A stretch of DNA of 64,000 nt from positions 1,504,001-1,568,000 of the forward strand of contig OZ219754.1 of NCBI GenBank assembly GCA_964291295.2, written 5' to 3'. Below, piece after piece: positions 19,847-29,085 of the stretch. Numbering within the stretch: position 1 is the stretch's first letter; each line of letters starts with the position of its first letter. The position numbers and the translations under genes were made by a program. The notes under the pieces were generated by a model, which saw nothing but the letters and a program-made list of their open reading frames with translations, did not search any database and was not told the DNA's origin. This stretch comes from an uncultured Candidatus Binatia bacterium. Lineage in GTDB: Bacteria > Desulfobacterota > Binatia > UBA9968 > JAJDTQ01.

Positions 19847-20530
19847 TCACTCGCGGTTCAGTTCGGCGATGTAGTCCGGCAGATCCGCTTCGAGACTGTA
19901 CTCCGGTGCGTACCCCAGTTCGGCTCGGCACGGGTGAACTCCATGCGCGGGCACGCGGGGTGCAAGATTGCCTCGGCGCAGGCGCATGTCGGGTAAGACT
20001 TTGTGTAAAGCGCCGCCTCGACGTTCTCGACGGTGGGTAGGGCACCGCTGCCGAGGTTGTCGGTGTCGTGGGGCAGCGTCGCGGTGTGCACCGCCGCGCA
20101 ATGCCCTCGGCGAGGTCCTCGACGTACACGAGATACGCGGTTTCGTGGGCGTTGAGCACCGCCTCTTTCCGGCCATGGCGGCCCACACGGCCTCCTGAAC
20201 CGCCACTCCCGGACCGCGGCCACGGCTCGGTATCCGTGGGCTCCAGTGAAGCGCAGCATCACGAGCCCGAAGGCTTGTCTGGCGGCGGAGCTCTTCAGCA
20301 CGTGCGCGCACGCCAGCTTCGATGCGTTGTGCACGCACCCGCGGCCGTCCACGGGCGAATCTTCCCGGAGCTACGTCCCGGCATCGGCGCCTTGGTACGC
20401 GGCCTGTGTGCTGGCATGTAACAGCCGCCGCAGGCCGGCCAGCCGGACGGCTTCGGCGACGTTGAGCGTCGCCACCAAGTTGACCCGGAACGCTGTGTAT
20501 GGGTTCGGGATCCTGGCCTCGCCGCCGGAC
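19847..20530 (-). pseudogene. Degraded NAD-dependent epimerase/dehydratase
   Basis: Fragments in different frames: VNLVATLNVAEAVRLAGLRRLLHAST, LVYVEDLAEGI, AELGYAPEYSLE. Confidence 0.7.
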
Positions 20531-20745
20531 GCCGCCGGAGGGACGACGCATCTTCGAGCCCGGGAATTCACACCATCCCTGAACCGTCTCTGCTCCCCTC
20601 GTCCCCGCACCCCGCTACACCACCCGAGCCCGTTTGTCGCGCTCCCCGCGGCGGCCCGGGCGGCTTTGCATCGCCCGCGGTCCCTGCTACCCGTGACGGG
20701 TGGCCGCACCGCGTCCGCCGCGCCAGCGCGCCAGGAGTCGTTCTC

Positions 20746-21762
20746 ATGGTCATCGACGTTCATACCCACATCGTCCCCGAACGCTTTCCGCCGGTGGGGA
20801 GCCGCGCCGCGGGTCATCGCTGGCCGTCCATGGACCACACCGGTCCGGACAGCGCCAACGTCATGATCGCGGGCCGGAACTTCCGCACGGTGCGGGACCG
20901 TTGCTGGTCGGTGCCGCGGCGCTTGCGGGACATGGCGGCTCCCGACTACGCGGTGGACCGTCAGGTGCTGTCGCCCATGCCGGAGCTCCCGGCCTGGCGG
21001 CTGGAGCCGCGCGACGGGCTCGATCTGGCGCGCTGGCTGAACGAGGTTCTGATGCGCATGGTGGATCAGGCACCGGACCGCTTCTATGCGCTGGGTTCGG
21101 TGCCGCTCCAGGACGTCGAACTGGCCGCCGGGGAGCTTCGACGGGTCAAGTCGCTGGGCCTTCACGGCGTCGAGTTGCTGAGCAATGTCAACGGCAGGAG
21201 CCTGGGCGAAGACGCGTTCCTGCCCTTTTTCAAAGCCGCCGAGGAGCTGGCCGTGCCCATCTTCGTGCATGCCCAGCACGCCACTTTCATGGACCGGGTG
21301 GTGGGGCCGCCTTTCCTCGAGAACATCGTGGCGTTCCCCCTGGAAGGCGCGCTGGGCATCGCCAGCATGATTACCGGGGGGCTCATGGAGGCGTGCCCGC
21401 GGCTCAATCTCTGTTTCAGCCATGGCGGCGGCACCTTCATCCAGCTCCTGCCACGCCTGGAGAACGCCTGGCACAAGAACCCCCGCTTCCAGGCACTCAT
21501 GCCTCGGAAACCTTCCGAATACGCCCGCATGTTCTTCTATGACGACGTGTTCTTCGACGACCGCACGGTGCGCTATCTAATGGATACGGTGGGCGCGAGC
21601 CAGGTGCTCATCGGCTCGGACTATCCGTTCATGTTCCGGGACCAGTCGCCGGAGGAGGAGTTCGACGCTCTGGGGCTCGGTGCCGAGGAGCGGGAATGGG
21701 TATCTTCCGGCAACTGCCTGCGGTTCCTCGGCCTGGCGGCGGACCCGGGAAGCGATGCGTGA
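20746..21762 (+). CDS. Amidohydrolase_2 family (ACMSD-like) decarboxylase/hydratase
   Basis: IDVHTH, IFVHA, FSHGGG, GSDYPF. Confidence 0.9.
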   Translation: MVIDVHTHIVPERFPPVGSRAAGHRWPSMDHTGPDSANVMIAGRNFRTVRDRCWSVPRRLRDMAAPDYAVDRQVLSPMPELPAWRLEPRDGLDLARWLNEVLMRMVDQAPDRFYALGSVPLQDVELAAGELRRVKSLGLHGVELLSNVNGRSLGEDAFLPFFKAAEELAVPIFVHAQHATFMDRVVGPPFLENIVAFPLEGALGIASMITGGLMEACPRLNLCFSHGGGTFIQLLPRLENAWHKNPRFQALMPRKPSEYARMFFYDDVFFDDRTVRYLMDTVGASQVLIGSDYPFMFRDQSPEEEFDALGLGAEEREWVSSGNCLRFLGLAADPGSDA

Positions 21763-22313
21763 CGATGCATGACGATGCGTGAAATGGGGCACCTCGCGCC
21801 ACTCTGTTGAAAAGTTGCGTCGCACGAGGCTCGCCCGCGTTCCTCCACCACGCCACGGCAACAAACGAACTCCCGGGCTTCCGGGACGAACTTCCGGAGC
21901 GAACTCCCGAAACACAGTCCCGATGCGAGCTCCCGACCCCCGCCGGTGTCAGATTGTGGTGAGCCCGTACAGTTCTGTGGTAGCCCCGCACCGTTGCCGT
22001 AGATCTGTCACGAGCGCGTACATCTGCTTGAGTCACAAGCCCGTACAGATATCCGTACATCTGTCCGGACAGCTGTACGTACATCTGCTTGATCTTGCCC
22101 CGACCGCGGGTGTAGCGTTGTCCAATGCCCTGTGCCCACCGTCAGACCGCCAGCATGAAACTCGACGCATAAGGTACAGACAGGGAAGTACGGTCGCAGG
22201 AAAATGCAGACAGTGGAAATATCAACAGGAAACAAGCAGGGCCTGTCCACGGCCTTCCCCCTGTCGCCGTTGCAAGTCCCGTTGCAAGTCCATGGGGTCC
22301 GAACGCGACGGAA

Positions 22314-22397
22314 GCGTTGAAACCGGAGCGTTGCGGCCGGGGCGTTGAATCCGGAGTATTGAGTCCGGCGTGTTGAATCCGGCGCGTTGAATCCGAA
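22314..22397 (+). repeat. Six degenerate 14-bp tandem repeats (consensus GCGTTGAATCCGGN)
   Basis: gcgttgaaaccgga/gcgttgcggccggg/gcgttgaatccgga/gtattgagtccggc/gtgttgaatccggc/gcgttgaatccgaa. Confidence 0.8.
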
Positions 22398-22408
22398 AGT
22401 CTCAAGCC

Positions 22409-23299
22409 GTGATCAAGGGTATCGTCATCCCGGTCATTACCCCGTTCGAACACGACGGAACGGTGGACGAGCCGATGCTCCGGCAACTGGTGGACTTCCA
22501 TGTCGGCGCCGGCGTCCAGGGTCTGTTCATGCTGGGCTCCTCGGGGCAGGGGCCGGCCATGTCCATGGCGGAGCGCAAGCGCACGGCCGAGATCGCCGCT
22601 CACCAGAACGCCGGGCGCGCACCGCTCATCGTGCACGTGGGAACGGCCGACGCCGAGAGCACCGTGGAGTTGGCGCGCCACGCCGCGGATCAGGGCGTTG
22701 ACGGCATCGGCGTGATCCCGCCGTACTACTATGCCGACCACTCGGAGTACGAGATCATGGCCCATTTCCGGGCGGTGGCGGACGCGGTGCCGCTGCCCAT
22801 CTTCATCTACGAGAACCCGAAGTACTCGGGGATCTCCATCGCACCGCCCTTCGCGCAGCGCATGAAGCAGGAGCTCCCCGCCATCCGCGGCATCAAGGTG
22901 GCCTACGGCGCCGGTGCGATGCTGGACTACGTGCGGCTGTTCCCGCCGGACGTGGCGGTGTTCACCGGCAACGCCGACATTTTCGGGCTGGTGCCCTTCG
23001 GGGTGGCGGGCATGATCAATCCGCCCACGAGCTGCATTCCCGAACTGTGCGTCGAGCTGTGGCGCGCCCTGGAGCGCCAGGACTACCACCAGGCCGTGCG
23101 GTTGCAGCGGCGGGTCAACGATGTCACCGCCGTGGTCATCGGGCAGATCAGGCGTCACGGCCGGGCGGTGGTGGCCGAGATGTACCGCCTGCGCGGGTTT
23201 GCCGTCAAGCGGTTCCCGAAATGGGAGACCCGGCCGTTGTCGCCGGAGGCGCGGGAATCGGTGCACCGCGAGCTGAGCCGCGGCGGTTTCCTGGGCTGA
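22409..23299 (+). CDS. Dihydrodipicolinate synthase/N-acetylneuraminate lyase family protein
   Basis: ITPF, GSSGQ, PPYY, IYENP, GIKV Schiff-base Lys. Confidence 0.9.
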   Translation: MIKGIVIPVITPFEHDGTVDEPMLRQLVDFHVGAGVQGLFMLGSSGQGPAMSMAERKRTAEIAAHQNAGRAPLIVHVGTADAESTVELARHAADQGVDGIGVIPPYYYADHSEYEIMAHFRAVADAVPLPIFIYENPKYSGISIAPPFAQRMKQELPAIRGIKVAYGAGAMLDYVRLFPPDVAVFTGNADIFGLVPFGVAGMINPPTSCIPELCVELWRALERQDYHQAVRLQRRVNDVTAVVIGQIRRHGRAVVAEMYRLRGFAVKRFPKWETRPLSPEARESVHRELSRGGFLG

Positions 23300-23329
23300 C
23301 ACGGCCGGGTGCTGAGCCGGGGTGACGGA

Positions 23330-24544
23330 ATGGACACGTTCAGGAGCACCAACAGGGACATCCCGAGGGTGGGGCGCGGCACTCCCGCCGGCGAGTGGCT
23401 GCGGCGTTACTGGCTGGCGGTGGGCACGGAGGCGGAGCTTCATGACGTGCCCTTGGCCGTGCGGGTCCTGGGCGAGGATCTGGTGCTGTTCCGTGATCGG
23501 CGGGGCCGGCTGGGGCTTGTCGGCCAGAGCTGCTCCCACCGCGGATCGTCCCTGGAATATGGCGACATCGAAGCGCGCGGCATCCGCTGCCCCTATCACG
23601 GTTGGCTCTACGACGTTTCGGGAAACTGTCTGGAGCAGCCGTCCGAGCCGCCGGAGAGCGCCTTCTGCGCCAAGGTGAAGCACCCGGCCTTTCCGGTGCG
23701 GACGTTGGGCGGTTTGATCTTCGCCTACCTGGGGCCGGACCCGGCCAGTCCGCCGCCCCTGCCCAACTATTCCCCGCTGGTGGATCACGGCGGTCAGCGG
23801 TTGGTGGAAAGCACCCGCTACTTCGACTACAACTGGTTCAACTTCTACGAGAACAGCGCCGACCCCTGCCACGTCTGGCTACTGCACAGCCGCAGCGCCT
23901 ACGGCGAGCAGACCTGGGGCGGGGCGTTCTTCAGCGCCGGCAACCCGCCCGCCTACGAGCCGGTGGAGACCCCGTACGGCATGAAGATCGTCATGTCCAA
24001 GCCGGGTCCGGCGGAGGGCACCGCGTTCGTGGACGAGATGAGCCTCGGGCTGCCGAGCATCCTGCAGGTGGGGGATACCGAGTTCGTGCACGCGCGGGTT
24101 GCGCCCGAGGTGCTGGAGACGGTGGGTTCCAACTACGAACACTTCATGCTCCTCACGCCCAACGACGACCACCACTTCATGCTGTTCACCGTGGACTACT
24201 ACACCGGTCCGGACCCCGACATCTTCGAGCGGCTGGGGCGCATGAGGAAGCGGGAAGTGCCCAGGGACGAAGTCAAGCCCTACGACAGGCGGCCGCTCAT
24301 GCCCTTCCGTGGCAACATCCGTCAGGAAGACATGGTCACCCAGGGCACTCAGCGGCTTCTGGGCGAACGGGAGGAACGGCTGGGAACCTCGGACCGCGGC
24401 ATCATCATGCTGCGGCGGATGGTCCGGAACGCCATCGATGCCGTGGCCGCGGGCCGGGAACCCAAGGGGTTGCGACTTGAGGAAAACGCGGAGGGCCTGG
24501 TGAAGCTGGATTCGTTCGTGGGGGTGAGGCCCGCGGGTCCGTGA
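23330..24544 (+). CDS. Rieske non-heme iron oxygenase (phthalate 4,5-dioxygenase-like) alpha subunit
   Basis: CSHR...CPYHGW Rieske motif; ENSADPCHVWLLH mononuclear Fe motif; ERLGTSDRGI. Confidence 0.9.
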   Translation: MDTFRSTNRDIPRVGRGTPAGEWLRRYWLAVGTEAELHDVPLAVRVLGEDLVLFRDRRGRLGLVGQSCSHRGSSLEYGDIEARGIRCPYHGWLYDVSGNCLEQPSEPPESAFCAKVKHPAFPVRTLGGLIFAYLGPDPASPPPLPNYSPLVDHGGQRLVESTRYFDYNWFNFYENSADPCHVWLLHSRSAYGEQTWGGAFFSAGNPPAYEPVETPYGMKIVMSKPGPAEGTAFVDEMSLGLPSILQVGDTEFVHARVAPEVLETVGSNYEHFMLLTPNDDHHFMLFTVDYYTGPDPDIFERLGRMRKREVPRDEVKPYDRRPLMPFRGNIRQEDMVTQGTQRLLGEREERLGTSDRGIIMLRRMVRNAIDAVAAGREPKGLRLEENAEGLVKLDSFVGVRPAGP

Positions 24545-25440
24545 ACGCCGTGTCCAGGGTTGTCGTCACCGGCGGCAGCGGCCGCCTCGGACAGCAGACC
24601 ATCGGCCACCTGCTGGAACATGGCTATCAGGCGTTGAGCCTCGACATCGCGCCGCCGCCGAAGCCGCTGTGCCAATCCTGGATCTGCGACCTGCGCCGCC
24701 CGGGAGACCTCTACGAGGCCTTCAGGGGCGCCGGTGCGGTGATCCATCTCGGCGCGTATCAGGCCCCCGGCCTGGCGCCGGACTGCGAGACCTTCAGCAA
24801 CAATGTCACCGCTACCTACAACGTGCTCAAGGCCGCCGTGGACCTGGGTGTGCCGCGCGTGGTGTGCGCCTCGAGCGTGGCCGCCTACGGATTCCTTTAC
24901 GCCCCGGCATTCCGGGCGCCGGAGTACCTGCCGCTGGACGAGGCCCATCCGTGCCGGCCGCAGGATCCCTATGCCCTCTCCAAGGTATTCGGCGAGCAAC
25001 TGGCGGATTCCTGCACGCGCTACAGCGATGTGACGGTGGTCAGCCTGCGTTTCAGCGGCGTCCAGTTCGATTCGACCTACGCGACGCTCCCGGAGCGCTG
25101 GGCCGACCCCGGGGCGAAGATGGGAACGTTCTGGAGCTACATCGACGCGCGGGACGCGGTGGTGGCTTGCCGCCTGGCCGTTGAAACCCCCCTGTCCGGA
25201 CACGAGGTCTTCAACATCGCCGCCGCGGCCAGCCGATACCCCGAGCCCACCGGCGAACTCGTCCGGCGGTACATCCCGGGTACCAGGATCAAGGAGGGCT
25301 ATTCCGGCCACTGGGGCGGCCTCGACGTCACCCGGGCGGCACGGAGGCTCGGCTTCAAGGCCGTGCATGGCTGGCGGGACCATCTCGGTCCCGACGGCAC
25401 TCCGAAAGCCCCTTCTCCTTCCGGGAGGGAATCGGGATGA
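24541..25440 (+). CDS. NAD-dependent epimerase/dehydratase
   Basis: TGGSGRLG, YALSK. Confidence 0.9.
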   Translation: MNAVSRVVVTGGSGRLGQQTIGHLLEHGYQALSLDIAPPPKPLCQSWICDLRRPGDLYEAFRGAGAVIHLGAYQAPGLAPDCETFSNNVTATYNVLKAAVDLGVPRVVCASSVAAYGFLYAPAFRAPEYLPLDEAHPCRPQDPYALSKVFGEQLADSCTRYSDVTVVSLRFSGVQFDSTYATLPERWADPGAKMGTFWSYIDARDAVVACRLAVETPLSGHEVFNIAAAASRYPEPTGELVRRYIPGTRIKEGYSGHWGGLDVTRAARRLGFKAVHGWRDHLGPDGTPKAPSPSGRESG

Positions 25441-25499
25441 GCGGGTCCGGGTGTCCGCGCCGCCGCCACGGACCCTGTCGCCACCGACTCTGTCCCCGG

Positions 25500-25880
25500 T
25501 CAGGCGAGCGCCACCACCTCCACTTCCACCAGCGCCCCCTTGGGCAACCCGGCCACCGCCACGGTGGTGCGGGCGGGCCTGGCGGATCCCAGACACTCCT
25601 CGTAGATGGCATTGACGTCGGCGAAATCAGCCATGTCGACAAGATAGATGGTCGTCCTGACGACCTGGCTCCAGGAGGTGCCCGCCGCCTCCAGAACCGC
25701 GGTGACGTTGGCGAGCACCCGGCGCGCCTGTTCTTTCACGCCCCCCGGGACGAGTTCGCCGGTTCCCGGCTCCAGACCGATCTGCCCGGCCGTGTAGACG
25801 AAGCCGTTGGCCTTGATGGCCTGCTGGTACGGCCCGATGGCTTCGGGTGCCTTGTGGGTATGAATCGCTTCCATGGACAT
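25500..25880 (-). CDS. ridA: RidA/YjgF enamine deaminase
   Basis: APEAIGPYQQA, PARTTVAVAGLPKGALVEVE. Confidence 0.9.
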   Translation of the reverse strand: MSMEAIHTHKAPEAIGPYQQAIKANGFVYTAGQIGLEPGTGELVPGGVKEQARRVLANVTAVLEAAGTSWSQVVRTTIYLVDMADFADVNAIYEECLGSARPARTTVAVAGLPKGALVEVEVVALA

Positions 25881-25978
25881 GGTCTCTCCCTGGCATTGGT
25901 TGCATGTGAATCGACGGGCATGATGCCGGACTTCCGGCGAAACAGCGGACAGCGGACCTTCAGCGGAACATCCGAGCC

Positions 25979-26170
25979 ATGAGACTGATGACCGCCCACA
26001 AGATTCTCATCGGGACGTCCATCGTCTTCTTTGTCTTCTTCAGCGGCTGGGAACTGGCGAACTTTCTGGACGCCAAGGAGGCTTGGGCCCTGGTGCGGAG
26101 CGTGCTGTACCTCGGCGTTGCCGCGGGGTTCGCCGTCTATTTCAGGACCCTGAAGAACAGGGTGCTGTGA
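25979..26170 (+). CDS. Small 2-TM membrane protein
   Basis: Two hydrophobic helices; abuts the HNH gene. Confidence 0.6.
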   Translation: MRLMTAHKILIGTSIVFFVFFSGWELANFLDAKEAWALVRSVLYLGVAAGFAVYFRTLKNRVL

Positions 26171-26171
26171 G

Positions 26172-26444
26172 ATGGTCCCGGATCCGGACCCCTTCATCGT
26201 TCCCGTTACCGACGACGAGATCCGCCGCGAGCGCCGCAAGGCCCGCGAACTGCGCCACAGCCAGTGGTGGAAGAACCGGATCCACAAGGGCGTGTGCGCC
26301 CATTGCGGCGACCGGTTTCCCCCGCGGGAACTGACCATGGACCACTTGGTGCCCATCATCCGCGGCGGCAGGAGCACCCGGGGCAACCTCGTCCCCAGTT
26401 GCAAGCCCTGCAACAGCGCCAGGAAGCACAGTCTGCCTTTCTGA
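26172..26444 (+). CDS. Small HNH endonuclease
   Basis: CAHC...MDHLVP...GNLVPSCKPCN. Confidence 0.9.
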   Translation: MVPDPDPFIVPVTDDEIRRERRKARELRHSQWWKNRIHKGVCAHCGDRFPPRELTMDHLVPIIRGGRSTRGNLVPSCKPCNSARKHSLPF

Positions 26445-26495
26445 TCTCCGTGGCCGTAGCTTTCGTGGCCGTTTCGGTCCGCTCATATCGGCCTG

Positions 26496-26948
26496 CTATC
26501 TGGGCGTGTAGTCGCCGCGCAGCAGCAGTACGCGCACGTTCGCCTTGAGGCCGTAGCGCGGCACGTCGTCGAAGACCGCGCGGACCTTCTCGTGGGCAAA
26601 GTACCTGCCCGCGTCCTCGATGCTGTCGAACTCGAACTCGACGACGCGGTGCGGCGACGCGCCGAAGTAGTCATCGTAGGAAGTGATACGCTTGACTTCG
26701 TCAGGGGCCATGAGATCCTTGGCCACGCGGTTCACCCAGGCGATATACTTGTCCTTGCCGCCCAGGGGATAGTCCACCGAGTAGACGTACTTCACGGCCG
26801 CCCGGCCGTTCGTTCCCGTGGTCATTCCCTTGGCCAGTTCCTGGGCGTGGGCTTGCGAAGCCCCCGCAAGCAACTGGAATCCAAGCAGGCCGAGTGCGAA
26901 AAGCCCCGCGGCCGCCAACGCGGACCCGGGAGTTCGTCCTGATGTCAT
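26496..26948 (-). CDS. Secreted hypothetical protein (possible dimeric alpha/beta-barrel fold)
   Basis: Signal peptide (AQA-type cleavage site); VVEFEFDSIEDA. Confidence 0.6.
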   Translation of the reverse strand: MTSGRTPGSALAAAGLFALGLLGFQLLAGASQAHAQELAKGMTTGTNGRAAVKYVYSVDYPLGGKDKYIAWVNRVAKDLMAPDEVKRITSYDDYFGASPHRVVEFEFDSIEDAGRYFAHEKVRAVFDDVPRYGLKANVRVLLLRGDYTPR

Positions 26949-27050
26949 GGTTCACCCCTTTCGTTTGCGCCTGGCCATGCCCGTTCCCGCAGAGAACGAC
27001 GCATCGACACGGCATCGCCCGCGGCGCGTGGCACGTCCCCGCGGCCGCGG

Positions 27051-27755
27051 TCACTCCCCGAACGTTCTCCGGTAGTCCTCCGACGCCTGCGGGCCGGCAC
27101 GGTCGAAGACCTTCTCGCGCAAGCCGCCGGCATACTGTGCGGGAATGAAGTGGACTTTCTCGGTGAGGGACGGCTTCAGGCGCACGCCCCGGGCACGCAG
27201 CCCGTCGGCCGCGACGAGGTTGTCGAGGACAGTGCGGATCTCGTCATGGTGCGTCCACATGGCCTTGTAGACGATCCGGCCCTCCTTGCTCACGATGTGG
27301 ACCATGTTGGGCAGCGCGCCGTACAGCCGATGCACGGTGCCCGCCAGGTCGTCCACCAGCACGGGGTTCTCGATGCCGTCTTCCTCCCTGCACTTGCGCG
27401 CGTATGCCAGCTTCTGTTCGAAGTCCCGGTGCGGGCCGTAGTTCTCTCCGGGATGGGGCTCGCGCACGTAGACGGTGAAAAATTCGAAGCCCTGGTCCCG
27501 GTAGTGCCGGTACATGGCGTTGAGGGGCGAGACCTCGCCCACGAAGGGCGGTCAGGTAATGCTGCCGAATTCCAGCAGCACGTGCCTGCGGTCCCTGAAG
27601 GCGGACAGCCGGACCGTTTCGCCGTCAAGGGTCGGAAGGCTGAAATCGGGCGCCTCCTCGCCGGCGCGCAGGCGCGCGGCAAAGTCGCCGGCCTTGGCCG
27701 AACTCTCCGAGCGGTTGAACGTTTCGTAGTTGTAGACGCTGATCGACGGGTCCAT
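27051..27755 (-). CDS. Deiodinase-like / AhpC-TSA thioredoxin-fold selenoprotein (UGA read-through)
   Basis: The two ORF-track pieces are in one frame and joined by TGA at 27554-27552, giving LEFGSIT-U-PPF and VYVREPHP; SECIS-like hairpin follows. Confidence 0.9.
27525..27540 (-). promoter_or_regulatory. Bacterial SECIS-like hairpin
   Basis: GGGCGA-GGUC-UCGCCC begins 11 nt after the UGA; AGGUCU apex resembles the E. coli fdhF SECIS. Confidence 0.75.
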
Positions 27756-27912
27756 GCTCGTACTCCTTCTTGCGCCGCCCGGTCTCGCCGCACCTGTTCT
27801 CGCGGCGTCTGGAAACGCTCGCGGTGCCTGGAAACGGACACGAAACTACCACGAACGAGGCCGGCGGGTCTACGGTCCACATGGGCCGGATTCCATATGG
27901 CCCCGGTCCGCA

Positions 27913-28914
27913 TCACCCCGGCGCCGCCGCCGCAGGGCCGCGGTGGAAGCCGGCGTCTTCCTCCAGGACAGCCAGCAGCCTGCGCATGTCGTCGGGCAGG
28001 GGCGCGCTCCATTCGTGCGCCGTTCCGGTCCGCGGGTGAGCCAGCGCCAGCCGTTCCGCGTGCAGCGCCTGCCGCCGGAAACTTCGCAAGGACTCCGTGA
28101 ACCGTGCGTCCCGACCCCTGTGGCCCGCGGCGCTCCGGCCGCCGTACACCGGATCGCCGGCCACCGGGTGTCCGATGTGAGCCATGTGCACACGGATCTG
28201 GTGGGTGCGTCCGGACTCCAGCCGGACCCGCAGCAGGGTATGGTTCCGGTACACCGCCCGCACGTCGTAGTGGCTGGTGGCCTGCTTGCCGCGCCGTTGC
28301 ACCGCCATGCGGGTCCGGTGGACGGGATGCCGCCCGATGGCGGCCGTGACGGTGCCGCCGGCCCGGACCGTCCCCCGGACCAGCGCCAGATACTCCCGCT
28401 TGATGCACCGCGCCTGCAGCTGGCGGACCAGGCGCAGCCGGACGGGGTCGGTCTTGGCCACCACCAGGAGCCCGGACGTATCCTTGTCCAGCCGGTGAAC
28501 GATGCCGGCCCTGGGAACCGCCTCAAGTGCGGGTGCGTGATGCAGCACCGCGTTCAGCAGGGTGTCCTCGGGGTTGCCGGCGCCGGGATGGACCACCATG
28601 CCCGCGGGCTTGTTGATCACCATCAGCGCCGCGTCCTCGTGGACGATGTCCAGCGGTATGGGCTGGGCCTTCCATGAGACTTCGGCGGGCTCCGGCAACG
28701 CCAGGGCAATGGAGGCGCCGGCCGCGACCTTGTCCGAGCACTGGGGAACGCGGCCGTCCAGGGTGACATGTCCTTCCCGGACCCCTCGCTGGAGCCGCGA
28801 CCGCGAGTGGTCCGGCAACAGTATCGCCAGTGCCGCGTCCAGCCGCTTGCCGTGCAGCGCCGCCGGAACGGTCAGCCGTATCCCGGGCTTCGGGTCGTGG
28901 GTGGTGGTGCTCAT
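27913..28914 (-). CDS. rluD: 23S rRNA pseudouridine synthase RluD
   Basis: S4 domain, INKPAGMVVHPG, HRLDKDTSG, GRTHQIRVH. Confidence 0.9.
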   Translation of the reverse strand: MSTTTHDPKPGIRLTVPAALHGKRLDAALAILLPDHSRSRLQRGVREGHVTLDGRVPQCSDKVAAGASIALALPEPAEVSWKAQPIPLDIVHEDAALMVINKPAGMVVHPGAGNPEDTLLNAVLHHAPALEAVPRAGIVHRLDKDTSGLLVVAKTDPVRLRLVRQLQARCIKREYLALVRGTVRAGGTVTAAIGRHPVHRTRMAVQRRGKQATSHYDVRAVYRNHTLLRVRLESGRTHQIRVHMAHIGHPVAGDPVYGGRSAAGHRGRDARFTESLRSFRRQALHAERLALAHPRTGTAHEWSAPLPDDMRRLLAVLEEDAGFHRGPAAAAPG

Positions 28915-29050
28915 GGCGGAGGTCGAGACCGCTCCGTTCGGATGGAACCGGCCCGGACTCAGGACTGTTCCGGGACTGTCTCAGGTCAAGACTGTTCCTT
29001 TCGCGGCGCGATTGCAACAAGGCCGAAGCATCGGCCCTGCCGGACCCGCA

Positions 29051-29079
29051 TTGACCGGCACACTGGCGGGCAGTAGACT
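29051..29079 (+). promoter_or_regulatory. sigma70-like promoter, probably leaderless, for the UbiD gene
   Basis: TTGACC-N17-TAGACT then 6 nt to ATG; no Shine-Dalgarno. Confidence 0.55.
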
Positions 29080-29085
29080 CCGGCC

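Noticed and set aside
22314-22397. Mini-CRISPR or iteron array
   Set aside because: 14-bp head-to-tail degenerate units without spacers; no rep gene nearby
26172-26444. HNH gene as a mobile or defence element
   Set aside because: Small stand-alone HNH in housekeeping context with no mobility signals
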